Made by a program: the position numbers and the translations under genes
Virus record (IMG/VR): IMGVR_UViG_3300022666_000091
Strand: one strand, 5' to 3'
Length of the DNA: 20,861 nt
Source: an uncultured virus (IMG/VR IMGVR_UViG_3300022666_000091)
Taxonomy: Duplodnaviria > Heunggongvirae > Uroviricota > Caudoviricetes
Notes under the pieces: model-generated
Database searches by the model: none
Seen by the model: only the letters and a program-made list of their open reading frames with translations
Told to the model about the DNA's origin: nothing
In this document: piece after piece, positions 1 through 7,380 of the stretch
Numbering within the stretch: position 1 is the stretch's first letter
Layout of the letters: each line of letters starts with the position of its first letter

Positions 1-793
1 CAAAGAGTGTATGCTTTGGATTGTTATAAGCGAGTGCCTTTGATACCTGATGGTTAATATCCTGCATCCAACGGTTTTCTCGCTGACCAATTGCTTTAAT
101 TCTTCGTCTTGATGATGGTGTCTGGCGCATCTGTAACTCTTTGCGAAGTTTAGAGTAAGCAGCTCTTTTTTGCTTAATGGATTTACCACTAACAAACGCT
201 GATTTATGCTTACTGTCATAAGTGGCAACAACAAAGTTAATACCTCTGTCAATACCAACAACATTGCATATATCAGAGAGGTCTGCTTTGGGAACATCAT
301 AAGTTACGGGGATATGCAAAAAATACTTACCATGCTTGTTGACAAGTTTTGCAGTCCCAAACTTATAAATATCGTGATTAAAATATTTTGACATACCATC
401 TTTAAAATATGGCAATTTTACTCGACCATCCAACGTATTAACAGAAAACAAGTTTTGTGTAAGTGAATAATCTCTGTTCCACACAAGGTCATACTGAGGT
501 TTCTTAAAAGATGGTTTAATCCACTCATTCTGATTTTCAAGAATGGTTTTGTATCTTGCGATGACAGTCTTAAACACAGACTGAGCCATCTGAGATTTTA
601 AGCCAAATCTTTCACGAAGGTCAGAATACAAGACCTTGTTAAGTGAAAATTGTTTCAAATCGTGGGTACGGAATATGTAGTTGGAAACATAATTACACGC
701 ATCACGATACGCAGACATAGTATTATCCAGTAATGGTTTGTCTTTTGCCGATATAGATATTTGTATTTTGGCTGTAATGGTCATCTGCTCCAT
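1..793 (-). CDS. tnpB: TnpB RNA-guided endonuclease, 5' part (cut by window edge; absent from the ORF track)
   Basis: Hand translation MEQMTITAKIQISIS...YFLHIPV...VVGIDRGINFVVATYD...RENRWMQDINHQVSKAL, with RuvC-I Asp in GIDRG. RBS GAAAGGAG at 801-808. Confidence 0.92.
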   Translation of the reverse strand, partial: MEQMTITAKIQISISAKDKPLLDNTMSAYRDACNYVSNYIFRTHDLKQFSLNKVLYSDLRERFGLKSQMAQSVFKTVIARYKTILENQNEWIKPSFKKPQYDLVWNRDYSLTQNLFSVNTLDGRVKLPYFKDGMSKYFNHDIYKFGTAKLVNKHGKYFLHIPVTYDVPKADLSDICNVVGIDRGINFVVATYDSKHKSAFVSGKSIKQKRAAYSKLRKELQMRQTPSSRRRIKAIGQRENRWMQDINHQVSKALAYNNPKHTLF

Positions 794-809
794 AAATATA
801 CTCCTTTCA

Positions 810-857
810 TTGCTTTTTCACTACATATATTATATAATAATTATTAGTGAAAGTCAA
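810..857. promoter_or_regulatory. Overlapping divergent sigma70 promoters for tnpA (+) and tnpB (-)
   Basis: Plus strand: TTGCTT(810-815)-17 nt-TATAAT(833-838). Minus strand: TTGACT(857-852)-17 nt-TATAAT(834-829). Inverted repeat TTTCACTA/TAGTGAAA at 816-823 and 845-852. Confidence 0.75.
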
Positions 858-871
858 GTTGAGGTAATACT

Positions 872-1276
872 ATGGATAATAGATATAATCGTCACAATAG
901 ACGCAAATACAGTCTGAAAGTGCATATCGTATTAGTAACAAAATATCGCAAACAACTACTCAACGGCAATATCAGTGACGATGTTAAGCAAAAGATTTTT
1001 GACATATGTAATTCTAATGGTTGGGAAATTGTAGCAATGGAATCCGATAAAGACCACATTCATTTTCTTGTAGATTACGATACTACTGATAGAGTATGTG
1101 ATATGGTTAAAACCATTAAGCAAGAAACCACGTATTATTTGTGGCAGAAGTATAGCAGCTCTCTTTTCAAACAGTATTGGAAGAAACATATCTTCTGGTC
1201 CGATGGTTACTTTGCTTGTAGCATTGGAGAAGTATCATCAGCGACTATACAAAAATACATAGAATCTCAAGGATAG
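872..1276 (+). CDS. tnpA: IS200/IS605 Y1 (HUH) transposase TnpA
   Basis: HIVLVTKYRK, DHIHFL (HUH motif), FWSDGYF, IQKYIESQ (catalytic Tyr). Confidence 0.96.
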   Translation: MDNRYNRHNRRKYSLKVHIVLVTKYRKQLLNGNISDDVKQKIFDICNSNGWEIVAMESDKDHIHFLVDYDTTDRVCDMVKTIKQETTYYLWQKYSSSLFKQYWKKHIFWSDGYFACSIGEVSSATIQKYIESQG

Positions 1277-1336
1277 GAGGTCGGTTGCTCCTCCCACCAC
1301 CTAAAGGAAGTGGGTTTCCGCAACCTAATAGAATTT

Positions 1337-1873
1337 ATGAATTGCGTATCCGTGGCAAGACCGTGCATAGATGACCGACTCCTCGAGTCGCGGGCCGCCG
1401 TCTTCAGAACGGTAAACAGCCTCCCCGATATTGCCCCACTGGGGAGGACGCTTTTTCCGGCGGACAGTGCGGGCTGTAGCGTCATTGGTATATATGGGTG
1501 ACTTGTACAGGTCCGACCATGCAACGTTATCCCTGTAAAAATGTGCTGCGCATTCATGGACCCTACGGAAGCGGTCGTTTGAGGGATTACTGCCGTTGTG
1601 CTTCTGCCAGATGATATCTTGCGCCAGCCTCCAACCTTGCAGATCGTGTGCTTTCTCCATGAACATGCGTAGCGACCCAAAGCACCACATCTGGGGTGCC
1701 ACATCTGCAGCGACCTTCGGCCATCCGTCAGGCCAGCGATCCCATTCCAAACTCGTCTCTCCATACGGCGGGTCGGTAATGATTGCATCGGCTGTCAGAC
1801 CAATGGCTGGGATTACATCCCTCATATCCCCGCAATACAAGGTTACGTGATCGTCTTGGAAATAAGGTTTCAT
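1337..1873 (-). pseudogene. N4/N6 DNA methyltransferase (beta class), 3'-truncated by IS insertion
   Basis: TLYCGD and IITDPPY motifs. The frame ends GYAIH|KFY* where HPTxKP and the FxGxG SAM-binding motif are expected; KFY* is read from the IS end. Confidence 0.88.
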
Positions 1874-1955
1874 GTTCCCTTATACAAAACCGGCGGCACA
1901 TGATTCGCCACATGCCGCCGGTTCCTCCTCTTCGATTACCCTATCCTTTTCCCGT

Positions 1956-2243
1956 TTACTCGGTCGCCCCCGACCCGCTCACCGGTACCGGCGTGAAGTC
2001 CGCATAAAACTCCTGGCCTACGGAAAACTGGCCGACCAGGGCCGGATTCGTGATCGTCATCTTCAGGTCTGCCGAAGGCGTCCACTTGGCAAACGTGTTG
2101 TTCTCGTCGCTGCCGTCCGGCGGATACGGGCCGTCATTCTTCGCCACGGCACAGAAGGCCAAATCCTCCCAGGGGCCGTTGTCCGGGCCACCGGCTTCGT
2201 GTATCTGAGTTGACGCAACTCTTAGTTTAGCTCTCATTTTCAT
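1956..2243 (-). CDS. Conserved phage hypothetical protein
   Basis: RBS AAAGGAG. The MRAK...ENxxFxKxTPS...TITNP...F..GQEFYxDF pattern is common in phage proteins. Confidence 0.8.
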   Translation of the reverse strand: MKMRAKLRVASTQIHEAGGPDNGPWEDLAFCAVAKNDGPYPPDGSDENNTFAKWTPSADLKMTITNPALVGQFSVGQEFYADFTPVPVSGSGATE

Positions 2244-2276
2244 AGTTTCTGCTCCTTTCGTTGTTGTTGTACGTTT

Positions 2277-2450
2277 CTACTTTCTGACCCCAAACAGATC
2301 CTTCAGAAAATCCGGTGGTTCGCTGCTGGCCGTTTTCACCTTCGGCGGCGAACACTTCCCGCAATAGCAGACCATTCCCTTCCGTATCCTGGAGCCGTTC
2401 TCCGCCTCTATGACCAGCGTGCCGCAGTTGGCGCAGAAGAGTTGCCTCAC
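2277..2450 (-). CDS. Small zinc-finger protein (57 aa)
   Basis: GTG start overlaps the upstream TGA (GTGA). CANC...CGKC motif. Confidence 0.65.
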   Translation of the reverse strand: MRQLFCANCGTLVIEAENGSRIRKGMVCYCGKCSPPKVKTASSEPPDFLKDLFGVRK

Positions 2451-2947
2451 GCCGCCACCCCCGCCAGCCGTCGCGCCCGCCGCCAGCTGCCGAAACGGAT
2501 CCGCACCGTCTTCGGGTCGATCCGCAGCCGGTCCCGAAAATCCCTCATGGTGCTGGCCTCTTTTACCTGCCGCAATAGGTGCTCGTCGGAATACTTCCGC
2601 TGCGTCCAGGTATTGGGCCGTCCCGAAGGTGCCCCTTTCCCTCCCCCTTTGCATTCCGGCCGCTGCTGTGCCTGAGGGAGGAAACAGCCGTGCAGCTCCC
2701 GGCGGGTCAGCACGGCACGGAAATACGACAGGTTGAAGTCAAGGATCTTGGCCACGGCCTGCTTGCTGTAGCCCATGGCGGCGAATCCCCGGATAACGTC
2801 GTCGAAAGGCTCGCCGAATTCCCGCTCCACGGCGGCCAGTTTCGGCGGCTTGGCCTGCCAGCATGAGCGGTTGCAATAAATCTGATCCGACTTGTAGCCA
2901 TGACCGCGGGGAACCAGTTTGCCGCATGCAGGGCAGCGGTTTCTCAT
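2447..2947 (-). CDS. Putative DNA-binding protein: Zn finger, HTH-like middle, homing-endonuclease-associated repeat
   Basis: CPACG...YCNRSC; YSKQAVAKIL; C-terminal KYSDEHLL...RFGSWRRARRLAG. ATGA coupling. Confidence 0.72.
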   Translation of the reverse strand: MRNRCPACGKLVPRGHGYKSDQIYCNRSCWQAKPPKLAAVEREFGEPFDDVIRGFAAMGYSKQAVAKILDFNLSYFRAVLTRRELHGCFLPQAQQRPECKGGGKGAPSGRPNTWTQRKYSDEHLLRQVKEASTMRDFRDRLRIDPKTVRIRFGSWRRARRLAGVAA

Positions 2948-3300
2948 GTTGGATCCTCCAGCGGCATCCTGTAGTCATTAGGCTTCAGATGGGGATACCG
3001 CTCACACAGCGCCGCCATCTTGTTCTTCAGACCGATCAAGTCATGCCAGTAGTCCTTGTCGAGTCCCCTGAAGAATTCCCGCAGCGCCTGCAGCTCCAGG
3101 TTTTCTTCCTTCGGCACAAACCAGACCTGAAACAGCCTTTTGCCCTCCACCACCCGCTCGCCGTAGCACATTACGACCTGATCCGGCCTTAAACCGGTCT
3201 GCTCCAGGAAGGCCCTAGCGTAGTTCTGTTTCGCGCTCTCCACGATCTGCGACATGCGGAGCGCAACAGCCACATTCTGCGGCGTGAACTGGCTACCCAT
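2944..3300 (-). CDS. Hypothetical protein
   Basis: RBS GGAGGG. Overlaps neighbours in the minus-strand operon. Confidence 0.7.
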   Translation of the reverse strand: MGSQFTPQNVAVALRMSQIVESAKQNYARAFLEQTGLRPDQVVMCYGERVVEGKRLFQVWFVPKEENLELQALREFFRGLDKDYWHDLIGLKNKMAALCERYPHLKPNDYRMPLEDPT

Positions 3301-3502
3301 TGAATCCCTCCAGCTGTTCCTTCCTGGTGCGCGGTCGGTACAGCCCAGCCCTGTAGAGCCGTTTCACCTGCTTGAACATGCCCCGCGTGCACTTGGGATC
3401 CGCGACGACCGTGCCGCCTCCGAAGCCGTTGATGTACCGCTTCGCGCCCCTGGTGGCTTCCTCTGCGTCCCTTCTCAGTCTCTTTGCTACCGAACCGCGC
3501 AT
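3293..3502 (-). CDS. Hypothetical basic protein
   Basis: RBS GAGGAGG. Fills the gap in the operon. Confidence 0.6.
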   Translation of the reverse strand: MRGSVAKRLRRDAEEATRGAKRYINGFGGGTVVADPKCTRGMFKQVKRLYRAGLYRPRTRKEQLEGFNG

Positions 3503-4290
3503 GTGTCCTCCTCATATGTTTTGATGACCTGCTTGATTGAATCCTTCCAGGCTACTTTGGGGTGGCCGTCCAGCGCACGGAAGAGTTGCCAGATCTGTCC
3601 GTCCGCCTGAAGCCGCTCGATGCCCTCGGCCGCCTGCCGCTCCTCGGGATTGTTCATGTCGAGCCGCTGCCGCACCTTGTTCATCTTGCCGATCCAGACT
3701 CGCTCGGACACAAAAGGGAGCACGGTGCCGCATGTCACCTCGGCATCTTCCACCCCGGCCAGCATTGGCTCCATGGATACCGAGGTTTGCCAACCACGCC
3801 AATGGGCCAGTTTCAGGCTTTCCAAGCGTTCCTGGGGAAACGGAGCACCAGGCTCCCAGAACCTCGTCAACGATGTGTCCATGCTGCCAATCGTGAATCG
3901 GAGCAGCACCTGGTCCTTCCACTGTTCCAGCTGGTCGGTGATCTGGTCGACACAAACAAGGTGCGGCTTCGTTACGACCAGAACCCGGTTGCCAGCCTTC
4001 AACATCTTTCGCAGTACGACGATGGACGGTGCCAGGTAGTAAGGCGTGATGTCGTGTACCGTCGGGAACATGACTACCCCGTCTTTCTTGCCCCATACCT
4101 GTTGCACGGCGGCCGGTCTGAAGCGTTCCATCAACCACTCGTCACGTGATGCTATTTTCTTAAAGCGAAGGGCGTTGACCCGGGCATAGCAGTAGCGGCA
4201 TCCATGCTGGCAGCCGCTGCCTATGTTGGCCGAGTGCTCAGACCATTCGCGAGTGCCGGTACCTTGGCGGCTTTCGGAAAAACCATTCAT
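3487..4290 (-). CDS. Radical SAM protein (spore photoproduct lyase-like or DUF5131/Gp37-Gp68-like)
   Basis: CQHGCRYC (CxxxCxxC), VVTK, EPGAP..ERL, SMEP. RBS GGAGGAGG before ATG 4290. Confidence 0.85.
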   Translation of the reverse strand: MNGFSESRQGTGTREWSEHSANIGSGCQHGCRYCYARVNALRFKKIASRDEWLMERFRPAAVQQVWGKKDGVVMFPTVHDITPYYLAPSIVVLRKMLKAGNRVLVVTKPHLVCVDQITDQLEQWKDQVLLRFTIGSMDTSLTRFWEPGAPFPQERLESLKLAHWRGWQTSVSMEPMLAGVEDAEVTCGTVLPFVSERVWIGKMNKVRQRLDMNNPEERQAAEGIERLQADGQIWQLFRALDGHPKVAWKDSIKQVIKTYEEDTCAVR

Positions 4291-4350
4291 GCGGCGCACC
4301 TCCTCCAATTATCCTCAAATCAGATCCTTGCGAACTGCCCAGCGCAAGCG

Positions 4351-4638
4351 CTACTCGCCCGTTTCCAGCGGACACCAGTTGCCAACCTTTTTCTCGCAGC
4401 CAGCCGTAACGCGGCTACAATCGGCAGTGTGAAACCTGGGGCACATCATCTCGGCCCGCGGCTGAATGTTCTCGCGGAAAAAACATGGCCAGCGCACTAG
4501 CATGCGCGGCGACCAGAAATAGCGGCATCTTTTGCCGTCGATGATATGCGGGCAACCAGCGCAGTTCTCGTGAAGATCCCGCGTCGGGATCGGGAGCTCG
4601 TAGTTGTATGCGAAGCCTATCGTGTTAGTTCTTGCCAT
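4351..4638 (-). CDS. Cys-rich hypothetical protein
   Basis: Eight Cys in 95 aa, including CAGC. Co-oriented with the operon. Confidence 0.55.
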   Translation of the reverse strand: MARTNTIGFAYNYELPIPTRDLHENCAGCPHIIDGKRCRYFWSPRMLVRWPCFFRENIQPRAEMMCPRFHTADCSRVTAGCEKKVGNWCPLETGE

Positions 4639-4819
4639 TGTCCGCAGATGTCAAACAGCCGAAGGGAATGATAAAGATGGTCGCCAGGAGAAGGATGATC
4701 ACAACAATGAGCGCATCGATGGTGCTTGATACGCGACGCTTGAGCGACTGTCTCCTGAACGGTGCCACCAGGAAAGAAGGAAGGATTTCCAAATAGATCT
4801 TTTTCACGCTGGTTCTCAT
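4625..4819 (-). CDS. Small single-pass membrane protein
   Basis: Hydrophobic run ALIVVIILLLATIFIIPF. RBS GGGGAG. Confidence 0.65.
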   Translation of the reverse strand: MRTSVKKIYLEILPSFLVAPFRRQSLKRRVSSTIDALIVVIILLLATIFIIPFGCLTSADNGKN

Positions 4820-4836
4820 GTCTCTCCCCTGTCTTA

Positions 4837-4888
4837 TATATCAGACGCTAACTGTGTATGCTATATCAGACACTCAAGGCAAAAGCAA
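4837..4888 (-). promoter_or_regulatory. Putative internal promoter with two direct repeats (GTCTGATATA)
   Basis: TATATCAGAC at 4837-4846 and 4862-4871 in an AT-rich intergenic gap. TTGCTT-17 nt-TATAGC on the minus strand. Confidence 0.45.
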
Positions 4889-4891
4889 GTG

Positions 4892-5128
4892 CTAATTTAC
4901 CTCTTTTGCTATCTTGAAGATTTGCGCCGCCACTCCCTTACCGACGACGATAGTATCTGCAGGCATATACTCGTTGACGATGAACTTGAAGCCGCCCAGC
5001 TGGAACGCTCCCGGGGGCACCGGCCCCCGGAGTATCCTGGCGGCATCGGATATCGCCTGTTGGATTTGCTTCCCAACATCCTCTGCCGTCACTGCTGCGT
5101 TGTTGCCGCAGGTTTTGTCCGCCATCAT
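4892..5128 (-). CDS. Hypothetical protein
   Basis: ATGA overlap with the upstream gene. Confidence 0.65.
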   Translation of the reverse strand: MMADKTCGNNAAVTAEDVGKQIQQAISDAARILRGPVPPGAFQLGGFKFIVNEYMPADTIVVGKGVAAQIFKIAKEVN

Positions 5129-5313
5129 TTCACCCCGTCGTCTCCGGGCTCCAGGAAGCCGCCAGTACCCTCGATCATCTCCTCAGAATCGAACTCAGGA
5201 TCCTTACCCTTGAGCTTCGCGTGTTCTTTCCCGGCCCTGTTGACCGCTTTCCCCAGAGCGCTCTTGAAACCCTTCAGCAGCTCGTCGCCGTCTTTCGCAT
5301 ATTTCTCCGTCAC
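5125..5313 (-). CDS. Small protein coupled to the zeta-like gene (62 aa), candidate antitoxin or partner
   Basis: RBS GGAGG. GTG overlaps the zeta stop (GTGA). MTEKYAKDGDELLKGFKSALGKAVNRAGKEHAKL with an acidic tail. Confidence 0.6.
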   Translation of the reverse strand: MTEKYAKDGDELLKGFKSALGKAVNRAGKEHAKLKGKDPEFDSEEMIEGTGGFLEPGDDGVK

Positions 5314-6452
5314 GCCACACCTCCGAATATGTTGGACACGGCCCCGTGATCGACAATGCCGTGAGTCTTTGACCAGATCATTTCCGGCTGGCCGTTCCTT
5401 CTGTTGTAGACCTCGAAATCGTCTGCATGATCCTTGAGACTGGTGAACGACTTCCTGACCGCCGGGTATGCCTTCTCCAGCATGTCCATGGGGATCCACC
5501 GACCGCTCCGCTCGGCCCGCTTTCGGGCGAAGTGTTTGGCCTGGTCCACGTCGAGATCCACCATGGTCATATGGATCTTGTAGCCTTCTTTCTTCAACCG
5601 GTCAATGAGCTTCGCGTACTTGGTGATGTTCTTCATGGTCCCGTCAATAATCAGGTGCTTCCCGTCCCTGATGGCCCGATCCCGGATCTCCTCGGCAAGG
5701 TCCGAACTCTCCTCGTGGCAGAGGATGGCGGCGTTCCTGGCGCTCCCCTTGATGGCCTCCTGGTACTCGGGGATATGTTCCTTCACGTCGTCGGGATTGA
5801 CCATGACGAACTGCTTCGACATCTCGTCGTTCATCATGTGCCTGAGAATGGTGGACTTGCCGGCAGCTGGTCCGCCAGCCATGAGGATCGCCAGCTTCTG
5901 GCCGCCGGGCCTTACCGGGAGCACGTGGTCGCTGAAGGCGCCGACGATCTTCTCGTGCAGGGCCTTTCGTTCCGGCGTGTAGTCGCCGCCCCCTTTGGCC
6001 TTGTAGTGGGCCTGTGTATCCTCGGGCAGGTGAGCGAGCCTGTTCTGCCAGATGCGCGGCGGCGGGCCGGAGTGCTCCTGCTTCTCGGGGAGATTCTTCC
6101 CTTCGATGGGGGTTGCATGCGACAGGATGTGCTTTTCGTGGACGAGACCCTGCTGGCCGTCTTCATAGCGAACGTGGTACTTGCCCTTTTCCTTCTCGTG
6201 CGGTTTAACGATGGAGAACCGTTTGCCGCGGTGCTGGATACCGATCCCTTCCTTGTCGTGGATCTGGAACGCCTGGCCGGCCTTCAGGTGTTTGTTTTTC
6301 ACGTCCTGCGGCCGGACGTAGTAGGTTTCCTCGAATTGCTTACCGCCGCGGTTGACCGTCTTTTTGACGGCTATCAGGTGACCGTCGTTTCTCTTAGCCT
6401 TCTGCAGCGGGGCAAGGAGGAGGTTCTTGATGTTGAGTATCCGTTTTTTCAA
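5310..6452 (-). CDS. Zeta-toxin (PezT-like) P-loop kinase with a ~150 aa N-terminal extension
   Basis: Walker A GGPAAGKST, VNPDDVKEHIPEY, HEESS, IIDGT, RAERSGRWIP. RBS GGAGG before TTG. Confidence 0.88.
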   Translation of the reverse strand: MKKRILNIKNLLLAPLQKAKRNDGHLIAVKKTVNRGGKQFEETYYVRPQDVKNKHLKAGQAFQIHDKEGIGIQHRGKRFSIVKPHEKEKGKYHVRYEDGQQGLVHEKHILSHATPIEGKNLPEKQEHSGPPPRIWQNRLAHLPEDTQAHYKAKGGGDYTPERKALHEKIVGAFSDHVLPVRPGGQKLAILMAGGPAAGKSTILRHMMNDEMSKQFVMVNPDDVKEHIPEYQEAIKGSARNAAILCHEESSDLAEEIRDRAIRDGKHLIIDGTMKNITKYAKLIDRLKKEGYKIHMTMVDLDVDQAKHFARKRAERSGRWIPMDMLEKAYPAVRKSFTSLKDHADDFEVYNRRNGQPEMIWSKTHGIVDHGAVSNIFGGVA

Positions 6453-6473
6453 TGACGCCTCCGTGTGGATTTT

Positions 6474-6698
6474 CTATATCAGCCGTGGGCTGGGTACTGC
6501 CGGTTCGTGCATGTCAGGGTCCACCAACCGCCGGATGTTCGCCAGGATGGATATTGGATGGATACCGGAATCCTGCAGTTGGCCCAACTCCCTGACACGA
6601 TCCAGAACTGCTTGTGCGTCACCCACGCTTGCCGTCAGCCGCTTCACAGTCTCGCATTCCCGGCATTGCTTCCGGGCGATCAAATCAACCGGTTCCAC
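6474..6698 (-). CDS. Hypothetical protein
   Basis: RBS AAGGAGG before GTG. Confidence 0.6.
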   Translation of the reverse strand: MEPVDLIARKQCRECETVKRLTASVGDAQAVLDRVRELGQLQDSGIHPISILANIRRLVDPDMHEPAVPSPRLI

Positions 6699-6714
6699 GT
6701 ATGCCTCCTTTCGT

Positions 6715-6813
6715 CTAACCTCCGTAGCCGCACTCGCTGAAGCCGCAACGCGGACACTTCCAGCAAGCTCCGCGTTTCTTTAGCGGCTTTCCGCAATTTG
6801 GACATGTAATCAA
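6715..6813 (-). CDS. 32-aa Zn-ribbon microprotein
   Basis: RBS AGGAG, TTG start. MITCPNCGKPLKKRGACWKCPRCGFSECGYGG. Confidence 0.6.
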   Translation of the reverse strand: MITCPNCGKPLKKRGACWKCPRCGFSECGYGG

Positions 6814-6824
6814 CTCGGTTTCTC

Positions 6825-7229
6825 CTACCCTTTCTGTTTGAACTTTCGTCTTTCCAACGCGATCTTCTTGTTGACAGTATGCGCCCCAAAACCGTCCTCC
6901 GGTAGAATCGCCTCGTTGCAATGCGGACATGTGGGCGCCATGCCCTTGCTGCGCCATGCCTGGTCAACGCGACGAGTGGCGATCAGGAGGTTGCGCCCGC
7001 ACCGTTCCTCCAGGGCTTGCAAGTCCTTCTCCCGGGTTTGTAAAGTAGCGATAGCGGAATTGTAGTTGTTGACCAGGATCATGAACGCCTTGAACGGCTG
7101 GACCGGGAGTCCGCAATCCTGACACTCAATGTATTCGTTGTGAGGGTCGTAGCTGAGGCGCTTATGCAGGCAGACTTTGTTAAGCCGCCGTTCAAGCCGT
7201 AGCTGGTCGATTTCGATGACGTCAGCCAT
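6825..7229 (-). CDS. Phage hypothetical protein with Zn-binding motifs
   Basis: CLH...CQDC, a coiled-coil middle and CPHC. Confidence 0.75.
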   Translation of the reverse strand: MADVIEIDQLRLERRLNKVCLHKRLSYDPHNEYIECQDCGLPVQPFKAFMILVNNYNSAIATLQTREKDLQALEERCGRNLLIATRRVDQAWRSKGMAPTCPHCNEAILPEDGFGAHTVNKKIALERRKFKQKG

Positions 7230-7380
7230 TGGTCGCGGACCCTTCCGATTCTCCCCTGATGCCGTAAAGCCGCTCCCTTACCTCACGTTGTCGCTGTGCT
7301 GCCCTTGTCTCCCGGCATCCCACGAAGTACCCCGCCGCGAAGACCAGACCAGCGACAAACAGACTTAATGCAATCGTCAT
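7222..7380 (-). CDS. Small membrane-anchored protein (52 aa)
   Basis: RBS GGAGG, ATGA overlap. MTIALSLFVAGLVFAAGYFVG. Confidence 0.6.
   Translation of the reverse strand: MTIALSLFVAGLVFAAGYFVGCRETRAAQRQREVRERLYGIRGESEGSATNG

Larger units (their letters stand above)
1..1336 (-). mobile_element. IS200/IS605-family element, IS605-type with divergent tnpA and tnpB; right end lies outside the window
   Basis: Divergent tnpA/tnpB. Subterminal hairpin CCCACTTCCTTTAGGTGGTGGG (minus strand) preceded by GAAA. Abrupt switch from AT-rich to GC-rich sequence at about 1336. Junction TTCAT|AAATTC on the minus strand. Confidence 0.92.

Noticed and set aside
206..391. 61-aa plus-strand ORF
   Set aside because: It is antisense to tnpB, which the track missed because it runs off the window edge.
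5427..6455. Long plus-strand ORFs (also 10437-11339, 12382-13614, 15760-16761, 18611-19399)
   Set aside because: These are antisense shadows of well-supported minus-strand genes with biased codon usage. They show no motifs.
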